Shown: in pieces, positions 41,078-51,626 of the stretch | Numbering within the stretch: the stretch's first letter is position 1 | Layout of the letters: every line of letters begins with the position of its first letter | Source of the DNA: Costertonia aggregata | Lineage (GTDB): Bacteria > Bacteroidota > Bacteroidia > Flavobacteriales > Flavobacteriaceae | DNA: 64,000 nucleotides | Direction of reading: 5' to 3' | NCBI RefSeq assembly: GCF_013402795.1 | Contig: NZ_CP058595.1 | Location: 2,077,848 to 2,141,847 of the forward strand | Notes under the pieces: generated by a model | Told to the model about the DNA's origin: nothing | Database searches by the model: none | Seen by the model: the letters and a program-made list of their open reading frames with translations, nothing else | Translations under genes and position numbers: made by a program

Positions 41078-42154
41078 TTGTTGTTTAGTATGGATTCGAT
41101 ACCATTTTCTCAAAAAATTCTACGTTGGTACCATGAAAATAAACGAACGTTGCCGTGGCGAAAAACCAAAAACCCATACAATATTTGGCTTTCGGAAATT
41201 ATTCTACAGCAGACCCGTGTAGTACAGGGTACACCGTACTATCTGAAGTTGGTTGAGAATTTTCCAACGGTACATGACTTGGCCAAGGCACCCGAGGAAA
41301 AAGTATTGAAATTATGGCAAGGGCTGGGCTATTATTCTAGGGCCAGGAACCTACATGCTGCCGCTAAGATGATAGTGAACGAATATGATGGCCGATTTCC
41401 CAGGACTTACAATGAACTTTTGAAGCTTAAAGGCGTTGGGGACTACACGGCGAGTGCCATAGCATCTATTTGTTTTAATGAACCCGAACCCGTGGTCGAT
41501 GGTAACGTATACCGTGTCTTGGCCAGATATTACGGCGTAGATATTCCCATAAACAGTACCGAAGGTATCAAATACTTTAAAAAATTGGCACGAAAGGTAA
41601 TGAACAAAGAGAACGTTCGTGACTATAACCAAGGCATAATGGAGTTTGGGGCCATTCAGTGCGCTCCCAAAAAACCATATTGTTTATTGTGCCCCCTTAA
41701 CGATAGTTGTACGGCTCTTCAAAGAAATAAAGTGGGCGATTTGCCCGTCAAAATGAACAAGGCCAAAGTCAGAAACCGATATTTTAACTATTTGGTTCCC
41801 GTTTTTGAAAAAGATGGAATCAAAAAAACAATACTGCACCAGCGTAAAGGAAAAGGGATTTGGCAAAACATGTGGGAATTCCCACTTATGGAATCTGAAA
41901 AGGAAATCAATTTAGAAGAGATAAAAAACAAACATTCGACCGTTCTTAATAGTGATACCAACGGAAAGGTGTCACTTTTTAATACTCATGCCATTGTACA
42001 TAAACTTTCCCATCAACATTTGCATACCAAATTCTGGATCGTTGAGGTAGACCATGATTTGCCCAACGGTATACCACTTTCCAAACTGGAAGAATTGCCC
42101 GTGCCTGTTTTGATAGCAGACTTTATAAAAGCGTTTAAAAATTTGTACTTTTGA
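41078..42154 (+). CDS. mutY: A/G-specific adenine DNA glycosylase
   Basis: LPWR...PY.IW.SEI.LQQT HhH-GPD motif. A C-terminal NUDIX-like domain. An Fe-S Cys cluster CxxxxxxCxxCxxxxxC region. Confidence 0.9.
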   Translation: MLFSMDSIPFSQKILRWYHENKRTLPWRKTKNPYNIWLSEIILQQTRVVQGTPYYLKLVENFPTVHDLAKAPEEKVLKLWQGLGYYSRARNLHAAAKMIVNEYDGRFPRTYNELLKLKGVGDYTASAIASICFNEPEPVVDGNVYRVLARYYGVDIPINSTEGIKYFKKLARKVMNKENVRDYNQGIMEFGAIQCAPKKPYCLLCPLNDSCTALQRNKVGDLPVKMNKAKVRNRYFNYLVPVFEKDGIKKTILHQRKGKGIWQNMWEFPLMESEKEINLEEIKNKHSTVLNSDTNGKVSLFNTHAIVHKLSHQHLHTKFWIVEVDHDLPNGIPLSKLEELPVPVLIADFIKAFKNLYF

Positions 42155-42170
42155 CCATTAGATTTTTATT

Positions 42171-42635
42171 ATGAGCGGAACATTGAACAAAGTAATGCTT
42201 ATTGGGCATTTAGGGGATGAAGTAAAGATTCATTATTTTGAAGGCGGCAACTGTATTGCCCGTTTTCCATTGGCTACCAACGAGACCTATACCAATAAAC
42301 AAACAGGTGAACGGGTCACCAATACAGATTGGCACAACATCGTTATCCGAAACAAGGCTGCCGAGATTTGTGAAAAATATCTAAGCAAAGGCGACAAGGT
42401 ATATGTAGAAGGCAGATTAAAAAATAGACAGTGGCAAGGGGAAGACGGTAATACAAGATATACCACCGAAGTACATGTGCAGGATTTTACTTTTTTGACG
42501 ACAAAAAAGGAAAGCATGGCCAATAATCAAGCCAACGACCAACCGCAACATAATAAAGCAGCCGCCCAGACTGCTGCGCCCAAAGCGCAAGCTAAGGTTA
42601 ACGAGCCGGAACAGGATGATGACCTGCCATTTTAA
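42171..42635 (+). CDS. ssb: single-stranded DNA-binding protein
   Basis: OB fold (LNKVMLIGHLG). An acidic C-terminal tail ending DDDLPF. Confidence 0.95.
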   Translation: MSGTLNKVMLIGHLGDEVKIHYFEGGNCIARFPLATNETYTNKQTGERVTNTDWHNIVIRNKAAEICEKYLSKGDKVYVEGRLKNRQWQGEDGNTRYTTEVHVQDFTFLTTKKESMANNQANDQPQHNKAAAQTAAPKAQAKVNEPEQDDDLPF

Positions 42636-42660
42636 ACAAAACAAAATTAAACATTGACTA

Positions 42661-43989
42661 TTGGACCCTGACCCCCTTAGTTTGGTACTGAGTTTTATAA
42701 GTTTTGACAGTGCGCTACTGGCTAAAATTTTTATTCTTATCATTCTTCTGTTATGCTCGGCCCTTATATCCGGTGCGGAAGTAGCTTTTTTTGGACTTTC
42801 ACAAACGGACATAAATGAAATACAGGAGCAAAAAACGACCAAGGGTAATTTTATTGTCAAATTATTGGAGCGTCCCAAAAAGCTATTGGCCACAATTTTG
42901 ATTGCCAACAACACTATCAATATTGGTATCGTACTTCTTTTTAGTGATATTGGCGACACTTTTTTCGCAAATATCACCTACGTGTTGTTCAATATAGTCT
43001 CGGTAAGGTTTTTGTTGGAAGTTGTGGTGGCCACTTTTTTAATATTGATGTTCGGGGAGATCTTGCCGAAAATCTACGCAAACCGAAACCGCATCAGTTT
43101 CGCCCATATCATGGCATTTCCTTTAAAGGTTTTGGATGTACTTTTCAGCCCCTTGAGCATGCCCATGCGGGCAACTACGATTTTTATGTACAAAAAGTTG
43201 GGAAAGCAAAAATCAAACCTAAGCGTAGATCATCTCTCCCAGGCACTGGAACTTACCTCCGAAGGGGATACAACTAAAGAGGAACAAAAGATTTTGGAAG
43301 GTATCGTATCTTTTGGAAATACCGATACCAAGCAGGTCATGAGCCCCAGGATAGATATTTTTGCTTTGAGCGAGGACATGAAATATCCCGAGGTCATACG
43401 AGAAATAAAAAAACACGGCTATTCCCGTATTCCTGTTTTTTCAGAAAATATGGACAATCTTCTGGGAGTTCTTTACGTAAAAGATCTGCTGCCTTATATA
43501 GACCGCAAATCCTTTAATTGGATGGCCTTGATACGAGAACCTTATTTTGTGCCGGAAAATAAAAAATTGGATGATTTGTTATTGGAATTTCAAGACAAAA
43601 AAAACCATTTGGCCGTTGTAGTAGATGAATATGGGGGTACATCAGGAATTGTTACCTTAGAGGATATTATTGAAGAGATTGTTGGTGATATCAGTGATGA
43701 GTTTGACGATGTAGATCTGGTATTTTCGAAATTGGACGACCATAACTATGTTTTTGATGGGAAAACTACACTAAAGGATTTCTACAGAGTGGTAAAAATT
43801 GACGATGAGGAAGATTTTGAACTACAAAAAGGAGAGTCTGAAACCATTGCGGGATTTGTATTGGAAATCGCAGGTAATTTTCCCAGAAGGGGAGAAAAAG
43901 TGCTTTTTAAAAACTATCAATTTATAGTAGAAAGCCTCGACAAAAAAAGATTAAAGCAAATTAAAATCACACTGCCACGTGAAAGTTAA
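42661..43989 (+). CDS. gldE: gliding-motility-associated protein GldE (CNNM/DUF21 TM domain plus CBS pair plus CorC_HlyC)
   Basis: The domain order and the conserved ssb-gldE-gldD context of Flavobacteriia. Confidence 0.85.
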   Translation: MDPDPLSLVLSFISFDSALLAKIFILIILLLCSALISGAEVAFFGLSQTDINEIQEQKTTKGNFIVKLLERPKKLLATILIANNTINIGIVLLFSDIGDTFFANITYVLFNIVSVRFLLEVVVATFLILMFGEILPKIYANRNRISFAHIMAFPLKVLDVLFSPLSMPMRATTIFMYKKLGKQKSNLSVDHLSQALELTSEGDTTKEEQKILEGIVSFGNTDTKQVMSPRIDIFALSEDMKYPEVIREIKKHGYSRIPVFSENMDNLLGVLYVKDLLPYIDRKSFNWMALIREPYFVPENKKLDDLLLEFQDKKNHLAVVVDEYGGTSGIVTLEDIIEEIVGDISDEFDDVDLVFSKLDDHNYVFDGKTTLKDFYRVVKIDDEEDFELQKGESETIAGFVLEIAGNFPRRGEKVLFKNYQFIVESLDKKRLKQIKITLPRES

Positions 43990-44533
43990 ATATTTTGTAT
44001 TGTTTTTATTGATTTTTTTGGGCTGTAAGAACGGGGAAGAGGTACTGCCCAAACCAAAGGCAGAACTCAGGCTAGAGTATCCCAAGGCCAACTATATAGA
44101 TACCAACTTGGGTTTTTTTAGTTTTGAGCGCAATCAAGAGGCCAATTTTAGAATTGAATCGAAAAAAGGGATTACCATAGGCTACCCAAATATGAACGGT
44201 TCAATTTATATCACGTACAAGAACGTAGATGGCAATTTGGATAAACTATTGTCAGATGCCCAAAAATTATCTTATGAGCACGTGGCCAAAGCCGATAATA
44301 TTGCCGAACAGCCTTTTGTAAACGAAAAGGATAAAGTTTACGGAATGTATTATGAAGTCTTTGGCGATGCAGCTTCACAGGCTCAATTTTATGTGACGGA
44401 CAGTACCGAGCATTTTGTAACGGGATCGTTGTATTTTTTCGCCAAACCCAATTATGATTCCATTCAGCCTGCCGCGGCGTATCTTCAAGAGGATATAAAA
44501 CATATTATGGAGACTTTTCGCTGGAACGAATAA
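43979..44533 (+). CDS. gldD: gliding-motility lipoprotein GldD
   Basis: Lipobox FLGC. It overlaps the gldE end by 11 nt. The size, about 184 aa, and the position match GldD. Confidence 0.75.
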   Translation: MKVKYFVLFLLIFLGCKNGEEVLPKPKAELRLEYPKANYIDTNLGFFSFERNQEANFRIESKKGITIGYPNMNGSIYITYKNVDGNLDKLLSDAQKLSYEHVAKADNIAEQPFVNEKDKVYGMYYEVFGDAASQAQFYVTDSTEHFVTGSLYFFAKPNYDSIQPAAAYLQEDIKHIMETFRWNE

Positions 44534-44542
44534 TCTACCCTT

Positions 44543-45496
44543 ATGCAAAAACAAGATGTAATCGACTGCCATGCAAGAATAAGCCCGTATGTTCACGATA
44601 CACCGGTTCTCACATCAAGATTGATCAATACAAAAGTAGGTGCAGAGGTATATTTTAAATGCGAAAACTTTCAACGGGCCGGAGCCTATAAAATTAGGGG
44701 AGCTACGAACGCCATCCTACAACTGTCCGATGAGCAGCGCAGTAAAGGTGTTGTGACCCATTCATCTGGCAATTTTGCCCAGGCATTGTCATTGGCCGCA
44801 CAAAGCTTAAAAGTTCCCGCCCATATCGTTATGCCATCATCTGCTCCTCAGGTAAAAAAGATAGGCGTATTGGAATATGGGGGCACTATTTACGAATGTA
44901 AGCCTACGCTGGGTGCCCGCCAGCGCATGGCAGACCAGATTGCAAAAGAGACTGGAGCTGTTTTTTTGCATCCTTCCAATAATGAGCATGTAATTTTAGG
45001 TCAGGGAACGGCAGCTTTTGAATTATTGACCGAGCGACCAGATTTAAACTATATTTTTTGCCCTGTGGGTGGCGGGGGATTGATTGCCGGGTCCGCCATA
45101 GCTGCAAAACATTTTGGAGAGAGTTGTAAAATAATCGGGGGCGAGCCTTTTGAGGCCGATGATGCTTACCGTTCATTGCAAACTGGAAAAATTGAAGGAA
45201 ACAACACCGTAAATACCATAGCCGACGGACTAAAAACGACATTGGGCGACAAGAATTTTCCCATAATCAAAAAGCATGTAACCAAGATTGTTCGCGTTAC
45301 CGAAAATGAGATCGTGGTAGCCATGCGGTTGGTATGGGAGCGTATGAAGATTATAATTGAACCGTCCAGTGCCGTTACCGTGGCCGCTTTGATTCGAGAT
45401 GCTGAGGAAAACCCGAAAGAGTATATGAGAAAAAAGGCCGGAATTATAATATCTGGCGGTAATGTAGACTTGGGCGACTTACCTTTTGGTAAATAG
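44543..45496 (+). CDS. PLP-dependent threonine/serine dehydratase-family enzyme (serine racemase-like)
   Basis: PLP-Lys in F.RAGAYKIRGA. A SSGN.AQ block. A GGGGL glycine loop. Confidence 0.8.
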   Translation: MQKQDVIDCHARISPYVHDTPVLTSRLINTKVGAEVYFKCENFQRAGAYKIRGATNAILQLSDEQRSKGVVTHSSGNFAQALSLAAQSLKVPAHIVMPSSAPQVKKIGVLEYGGTIYECKPTLGARQRMADQIAKETGAVFLHPSNNEHVILGQGTAAFELLTERPDLNYIFCPVGGGGLIAGSAIAAKHFGESCKIIGGEPFEADDAYRSLQTGKIEGNNTVNTIADGLKTTLGDKNFPIIKKHVTKIVRVTENEIVVAMRLVWERMKIIIEPSSAVTVAALIRDAEENPKEYMRKKAGIIISGGNVDLGDLPFGK

Positions 45497-45520
45497 CTTA
45501 TTTAAATCTGTAATCTTCTG

Positions 45521-46663
45521 TTGGTGCGAAAGTTTAAAAAAATTATAAAAAGAATGGGGTTGTTTTTTGTGGGTTTTCTGTTGGCCATGGTCGTTGCTGT
45601 CTTTCTCTTTATCAATTTCAGTCCTGAATTTGGTGGAACTCCCACCAAGGAACAAAAGATGCGTTACGCTACATCAAAAAATTATGGAAAAGGTGCCTTT
45701 AAGAATATTGGTGACGTTCAAATGAATATGGGGTTTGGTGTTTTTGTAAAAAGCTTAAGAGGTTATATTGCCCCACAACCCCACACCAAACCAGAAAAAG
45801 ATATATCCGTTGAAAAAATTGATTCCATTTCCATTTCTCTTTATGAAGGCCCTATGCGTTTGATTTGGTTTGGACATTCTGCCTTTTTATTACAAAGTGG
45901 AGGCAAGAATATTTTGATAGACCCCATGTTCGGTGATGTCCCGGCACCACATCCAATGCTTGGAGGAAAACGGTTTAGCTCATCCTTACCTATTGAAATA
46001 GAAAAACTCCCTAAGATTGATGCCGTTATTTTCTCACATGATCATTATGATCATCTAGACTATGGTTCAGTTAAGCTTTTAAAAGAAAAAGTAGGCGTGT
46101 TTTATACGCCATTAGGTGTAGGCGTTCATCTTACCGAGTGGGGCGTTGACCAAAGCAATATCATCGAATTGGATTGGTGGGGTGAGGTCAACTTTCAAGG
46201 ATTACGTTTTATATGCACCCCCGCACAGCATTTTTCGGGTAGAGGAATTACAGATGGTGGTAGTACTCTATGGAGCTCATGGGTTATACAAACGGCAAGC
46301 GAAAACATTTTCTTTAGTGGCGATAGTGGTTATGGTGCCCATTTTAAAGAAATAGGGGATATATATGGCCCCTTTGATTTTGCTATGTTAGAATGTGGCC
46401 AGTATAACGAGCTATGGAAAGAAATTCATATGATGCCCGAAGAAGCCGCACAAGCGGGACTTGACATAAAGGCAAAAAAAATAATGCCCATACACTGGGG
46501 CTCATTTAAATTGGCAATGCATCCCTGGACCGAACCGGTCAGCCGTATCTTAAAAAAAGCAACAGAATTGAATATTCCCGTTACGGTACCCAAAATCGGG
46601 GAACCTATTTATTTGGATACCCAAAACATTTCTAAAGAAAAATGGTGGGAGGCCTTTAATTAG
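45521..46663 (+). CDS. MBL-fold metallo-hydrolase (NAPE-PLD-like)
   Basis: An N-terminal TM helix. The HDHYDHLD metal-binding motif. Confidence 0.75.
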   Translation: MVRKFKKIIKRMGLFFVGFLLAMVVAVFLFINFSPEFGGTPTKEQKMRYATSKNYGKGAFKNIGDVQMNMGFGVFVKSLRGYIAPQPHTKPEKDISVEKIDSISISLYEGPMRLIWFGHSAFLLQSGGKNILIDPMFGDVPAPHPMLGGKRFSSSLPIEIEKLPKIDAVIFSHDHYDHLDYGSVKLLKEKVGVFYTPLGVGVHLTEWGVDQSNIIELDWWGEVNFQGLRFICTPAQHFSGRGITDGGSTLWSSWVIQTASENIFFSGDSGYGAHFKEIGDIYGPFDFAMLECGQYNELWKEIHMMPEEAAQAGLDIKAKKIMPIHWGSFKLAMHPWTEPVSRILKKATELNIPVTVPKIGEPIYLDTQNISKEKWWEAFN

Positions 46664-47084
46664 CTTTGCCCAACAGCGTTTTGGCTTTAGCAATGCTTGA
46701 ATTTATTTCTTCTTTTAGGGCCTTCACATTTTCCTCTTCCTCATCCAGCCATTTTTGCTTTTGTTCCGTAAGCTCTTTGCCTTCGAGAATTTCTTCGGAA
46801 TCAAAGCGATTGCCAAAACTCTGCATCCAATCCATCATGGATTGGTTCGCCTTTTGAAGGTCGCGCATGGCTTGCTCATATTCCCTACCGGCCGCTGTTG
46901 TATCTACTTTTGATTTTAGCTCCCCGACCAATTTTCCGATAGTGCCCATTTTTGGCATTACCTCGTCATGAACGGCCATTACCTGTTCCATTTGGGTGGG
47001 TTCGCTGGTTTTCTTCTCTTCTTCTTTGCAAGAAAATAGAATAGTCAGTGTTAAAAGTGCGCTTATAAGAACAATTTTTTTCAT
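46656..47084 (-). CDS. hypothetical coiled-coil lipoprotein
   Basis: Lipobox ILFSC. Glu/Lys-rich helical sequence. No recognised family. Confidence 0.4.
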   Translation of the reverse strand: MKKIVLISALLTLTILFSCKEEEKKTSEPTQMEQVMAVHDEVMPKMGTIGKLVGELKSKVDTTAAGREYEQAMRDLQKANQSMMDWMQSFGNRFDSEEILEGKELTEQKQKWLDEEEENVKALKEEINSSIAKAKTLLGKAN

Positions 47085-47100
47085 CTGTTTTTTTTCAAAA

Positions 47101-47994
47101 TTAAGGATTCAATTCCTTAATTACAGGCTCAATATAAAAATCATACATCTTTTTGGTCATGTATGTAACCACGGGGTCGGTTTTTTCGGGAGAACCACCT
47201 TCAAATGGTGGGGCGGGATCATATTCCAAGTTCAACATTACAAAATCCGCATAATTACGGCCCATTGTATGGTCTACAAGGGCCAAACTCATGTCAATAC
47301 CTGCGGAGACTCCTGCTGATGTCCAATACTTACCATCATTGGTATACCTTTTGTTGACAAATGTTGCTCCATAACCTTTTAATTTATTCTCGGCATCGTA
47401 CCAGTTAGTGGTTGCTTTCTTACCTTTTAACAATCCTGCAGCACCTAGAATCCAAGCTCCGGTACAAACACTGGTAGTGTATTTGCTGTTTTGGTCAATT
47501 TGCCTTATCCAATTCAATAATTTCTGGTCTTTGGTTGCCCTATACGTATCTGCCGTGCCACCGGGAACAACTAGAATGTCCAAGTGCTTTACTTCGGCAA
47601 TCGTTGTGTCAACCTGTGTTTTGAGGCCATTGTTACTTTGTATCAGTCCTTTTTCCTTTGCGATAAAAAAAGTCTTTGCCGGGTACATACTGCTGAAAAC
47701 AGAATGCGGGCCCATGGCATCCAAACTAAAATAGCCATCATAGAGAAGGATTCCTATTGTGAAAATTGTGTCCCGTGGCGCTTCATAAGTAAGCGCCATA
47801 AGCTCATCATGGGTCATGTTTTCCAATTCTTTAATCGTGTATTTACTGCCGTCCGGTTTTACGTTTCTTTTTTCTGGGATAGTTTCTTTGGTATCATCCA
47901 TTTGTGTTTTTGTATTACGGTTTTCCCCTGATGTTTCAGATTGGCATGAGAACAATACGCATGTGATAATGAGTAATATTGATAGATATTTCAT
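47101..47994 (-). CDS. DJ-1/PfpI-family (class I glutamine amidotransferase-like) lipoprotein
   Basis: Lipobox VLFSC. The nucleophile-elbow Cys in SVCTGAWIL. Confidence 0.8.
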   Translation of the reverse strand: MKYLSILLIITCVLFSCQSETSGENRNTKTQMDDTKETIPEKRNVKPDGSKYTIKELENMTHDELMALTYEAPRDTIFTIGILLYDGYFSLDAMGPHSVFSSMYPAKTFFIAKEKGLIQSNNGLKTQVDTTIAEVKHLDILVVPGGTADTYRATKDQKLLNWIRQIDQNSKYTTSVCTGAWILGAAGLLKGKKATTNWYDAENKLKGYGATFVNKRYTNDGKYWTSAGVSAGIDMSLALVDHTMGRNYADFVMLNLEYDPAPPFEGGSPEKTDPVVTYMTKKMYDFYIEPVIKELNP

Positions 47995-48117
47995 TTTTCA
48001 AATTTTAATTTTTTAGTAAAAATCCTTTGGAAAGCTTGTACCAACAAAAGCAAGCCCTAAGGATGTTCCAAGATATTATGACCCGATTATAGAGCCTATG
48101 GTATTTTGTCCTAAGAG

Positions 48118-48618
48118 TTAGGTTTTGAAAGAAAATTTACGCAACGTATTTGGTGGCCTAAAGTTGGAATCGCTATACAAAAAATCGTAGTCGTTTTTGT
48201 AGTTCGTGGCTAAGTATGGAGTAGTATAAATATATAAAGTAAACGCTACCTTGGGGATATTGACAAAACCGATAGGATATTCTTCTATGGTGATTTTGGG
48301 CACGTTTGGCTTTTTTCCTTCCTTTTGTTCACTTAGTCTTTGCATCAAGTAACACTTACCGTTACAGTTAAGTTTTACTTTCTCTTTGTTTATACATAAA
48401 AATTCTGCTATATAATCCTGGTTCACAACATATTCAAGCATAGGAAGTACGGGGCGGAGCATGGCCAGCACATACAAGAAAACAAAAAATAAGGCACCAA
48501 AAGATTTCAAAACAATATTGTTTTTTACAAAGGTACTATCCAAATTTGAGCTCCGGACAGTTGTTATCTTAAAATAGACGAATTTTGCACAAATATTCTT
48601 TCTGTTGAACAGTTCCAA
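48118..48618 (-). CDS. hypothetical protein with one TM segment. The start is uncertain.
   Basis: An ORF with a TM helix (ALFFVFLYVLAML) and a CNGKC pair. It is divergent from, and overlaps by 14 nt, the EamA gene. Confidence 0.3.
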   Translation of the reverse strand: MELFNRKNICAKFVYFKITTVRSSNLDSTFVKNNIVLKSFGALFFVFLYVLAMLRPVLPMLEYVVNQDYIAEFLCINKEKVKLNCNGKCYLMQRLSEQKEGKKPNVPKITIEEYPIGFVNIPKVAFTLYIYTTPYLATNYKNDYDFLYSDSNFRPPNTLRKFSFKT

Positions 48619-49489
48619 AAAAAAGTGGTTTTATCTTATTGTACTCTCTGTCATTTGGGGCACATCATATATATTGATCAAAAAAGGATTGAAGGGATTC
48701 ACCCCTTATCAATTAGGCTCGGTTCGTATTGTACTAGCGGGTTTTTTTCTTTTTTTAATAGGTTTCAAATCCTTGAAAACCATTTCAAGACAAGAATGGA
48801 AATGGGTAGCCCTATCGGGATTTGTAGGCAGTTTTTTGCCCATGTATCTTTTTGCTTTTGCCGAAACGGAAATAGATAGTAGTGTAACCTCGGTATTGAA
48901 TTCGCTGGTTCCTCTTTTTACTTTGTTCGTGGGCTTGATTTTTTTCAGGATAAAATTTACGAGAAATCAATTGTTAGGCGTAGTTGTGGGACTTTTTGGG
49001 GCAATTTTACTTATTGTATTGGGCAAAGAGCTAAACCCGGATCAAAATTATTGGTATACGTTATGTATTGTGGCCGCTACCATTGGCTATGCTTGCAATG
49101 CCAACATAATCAAGAGCAAACTGCAACAGGTAAGCCCCATGGGTATTGCCGTAGGTAATTTTGCATGTATAATCGTGCCAGCTTTGATGTTTCTTCCCTT
49201 TTCAGGTTTTTTTAAAGCAGATGTGGTCTCTGGTGAGTTTTTCTGGAGCTCATTGGGGTACATCGTGATATTATGTGTATTGGGCACATGTATAGCCAAG
49301 GTCATGTTCAACAAGCTGATTCAAATTTCATCAGCTGTTTTCTCTGTATCGGTGACTTATCTTATCCCTATTGTCGGTATTTTTTGGGGGGTGTTGGACA
49401 ATGAAACGTTTACATTTGAACAAGCATTGGCATCCTTGTTGATTTTGTTCGGGGTTTATCTGGTGAATAAAAAGAAAAAATCCGCCTAG
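48605..49489 (+). CDS. EamA/DMT-superfamily transporter
   Basis: 10 TM helices in two EamA repeats. Confidence 0.8.
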   Translation: MNSSKKKWFYLIVLSVIWGTSYILIKKGLKGFTPYQLGSVRIVLAGFFLFLIGFKSLKTISRQEWKWVALSGFVGSFLPMYLFAFAETEIDSSVTSVLNSLVPLFTLFVGLIFFRIKFTRNQLLGVVVGLFGAILLIVLGKELNPDQNYWYTLCIVAATIGYACNANIIKSKLQQVSPMGIAVGNFACIIVPALMFLPFSGFFKADVVSGEFFWSSLGYIVILCVLGTCIAKVMFNKLIQISSAVFSVSVTYLIPIVGIFWGVLDNETFTFEQALASLLILFGVYLVNKKKKSA

Positions 49490-49529
49490 ATTGTTCTAAA
49501 CGGATTTCTTTACATGGATTAATAGTATT

Positions 49530-51599
49530 TTATTCGAAATCTGAGTCGGATACCCCTTGGTTTACCTTGATTTCCTTTACTACGAAATCAAATTTTTGTG
49601 GGCCCGCTGTTTGGGATATCATGAAAGGGAACATAATGCCCGATACTTCTTTGTAATCGCCATACCCAATGGTGCTTGACATTTGTTGCCCTTGTACTTC
49701 TTGGGTTTGTACATCTTGCAGTTTTAGGCCTGTTTCTACATCATAAAAGGAAACCTTGCTGTCCGACACTTTTATTTTATAGGCTTTTTTTCCGTCTACG
49801 GGCTCAATGCCCTCCAGGGTTACTCCGCCGTTGAGGTAATTCAGTTCTGGAAAGGGAGAGGATTCTTCTTTCACTTTCATGATTTCCTCTTCCGATAGGT
49901 CTTTGCGTTGCCCTTGGGCGACCATATAGCCTTTGTCCCCGTCAAGAACTTGTTTTTGCATAGAGTTGCCACCAACTTTGATGTTCTGCATAAACTGGTC
50001 TTTGGATGTTTTTTTCATATCCAGTTCCAGTTTCATCCCTTGAATTTCAGCTTCGGCCAACAATAAATAGGATTCAACGGCTTCTAATTTTTCTTTGCCT
50101 CCAACAGCTTCTAAATACTTTTCCAGCACACTGTTTACGGTAACACCTTCTGGTATAGCTGCATCATAATTGGGTTTTTCGGTAGCTTTACCTTGCTTAT
50201 CATAGTATTTTATAGGAATCTTTTTGCCGTTGAATTCCACTTTTTCCAGGTTTTCCAATACATCACTTCCTTTTCCGGTTACTACGACACGTGCATTTTT
50301 AGAACTGAAATATTTTTGTGCCGCATTTTGAACATCTTCAACGGTTATTGCGTTAATGCGTTCCAGATAATTTTTATAGAAATCGTCTGGGAGGTTCTCA
50401 GTCTCGATATTCAGCGCATAACGGGCTATGGTCTCTGGCTTTTCGAGCGCAAGTACAAAACGGCCAACGTATTTCGCCTTGGTGTTCTCCAGTTCTTTGG
50501 CAGAAACTGGCTCGGTAATTATTTTATCTACCTCTTTCAGCATTTCCACCACCGAACTATCGGTCACTGCATTCCTAACCTGAGCGGTCGCCCTAAAGGT
50601 TGAGGGGGCATATTTGCTATCCCCTAACCTGGAGTAAGACCCATAGGTATAGCCCTTGTCCTCTCTCAAGTTTAGGAACAAACGGCCCTCACCGCCACCG
50701 CCCAAGATTTGATTGGCCACCAAAGCTGAAAGATAATCCGGGTCGTTCATTTTAAGATTTACCAAATTCTGAACGGCAATCTCTGACTGTACCGCATTGG
50801 GTACATCAACAAAGTTTATTTGTGTGTACTGAGCATCAGTTGGTTTAGAAAAACTAAAGGATGGCGGTACCGCTTTGGTCCATGATGTAAAGTGTTCCTT
50901 TACCAATTTTTGTACGTCCTTAAAATTAACATCCCCTATTACTATCATATATGCATTGGCAGGCACAAAATAGTCGGAGTAGAACTTTTCAACATCGGCC
51001 AAGGTTACGTTGTTTACCGTTTCTTCGGTAGTGAACTCACCGTAGGGATGATTTTTTCCGTAAGCCAGCGCATTTTGCACTTTTCTTGCAATGGCGGAAA
51101 CATCTTTTTCCTGTGTTTTTAAACCGGTTATCAGTTTTTGTTTTTCTTTCTCGAATTCTTCCTGGGTAAAATTCGGATTGATGGCCGCGTCTGCCATAAG
51201 CTCCAATATTCTTGGAAAATATTTTGAAAGTGAACTGGCAAAGGCACTTTGTGAGCCAAAATTTATGCTGGCGCCCAAGAAGTCGACCTCTTCGTTGAAC
51301 TCGTCTTTGGGGATTGATTTGGAACCGTTGCCCAGCAAGCTTGCGGTCAAACTGGAAACCCCTGCTTTGTCCCCTTCCAGAACGGGCGGATTATCAATTC
51401 TTAATTGTATGGAAACCCTTGGTAATTTACGGTTTTCCACTACCAATACTTTAAGCCCGTTCTTGAGTTCAAAGCGTTCCGCATCTTTTAGGTTAATCTC
51501 AGGTGATGGCCCCGGTTTGGGCATAATGCTCCTGTCGACCTGTGCTTGTAGGGTAATTGCCATAAAGGCGAATACCGCTGCTAGATATATTTTTTTCAT
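49530..51599 (-). CDS. M16-family peptidase, non-catalytic partner subunit
   Basis: Signal peptide. M16 fold without the HxxEH motif. It lies downstream of the catalytic M16 gene. Confidence 0.7.
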   Translation of the reverse strand: MKKIYLAAVFAFMAITLQAQVDRSIMPKPGPSPEINLKDAERFELKNGLKVLVVENRKLPRVSIQLRIDNPPVLEGDKAGVSSLTASLLGNGSKSIPKDEFNEEVDFLGASINFGSQSAFASSLSKYFPRILELMADAAINPNFTQEEFEKEKQKLITGLKTQEKDVSAIARKVQNALAYGKNHPYGEFTTEETVNNVTLADVEKFYSDYFVPANAYMIVIGDVNFKDVQKLVKEHFTSWTKAVPPSFSFSKPTDAQYTQINFVDVPNAVQSEIAVQNLVNLKMNDPDYLSALVANQILGGGGEGRLFLNLREDKGYTYGSYSRLGDSKYAPSTFRATAQVRNAVTDSSVVEMLKEVDKIITEPVSAKELENTKAKYVGRFVLALEKPETIARYALNIETENLPDDFYKNYLERINAITVEDVQNAAQKYFSSKNARVVVTGKGSDVLENLEKVEFNGKKIPIKYYDKQGKATEKPNYDAAIPEGVTVNSVLEKYLEAVGGKEKLEAVESYLLLAEAEIQGMKLELDMKKTSKDQFMQNIKVGGNSMQKQVLDGDKGYMVAQGQRKDLSEEEIMKVKEESSPFPELNYLNGGVTLEGIEPVDGKKAYKIKVSDSKVSFYDVETGLKLQDVQTQEVQGQQMSSTIGYGDYKEVSGIMFPFMISQTAGPQKFDFVVKEIKVNQGVSDSDFE

Positions 51600-51626
51600 A
51601 AGTCTGAATTTATTTCAGTATCGATT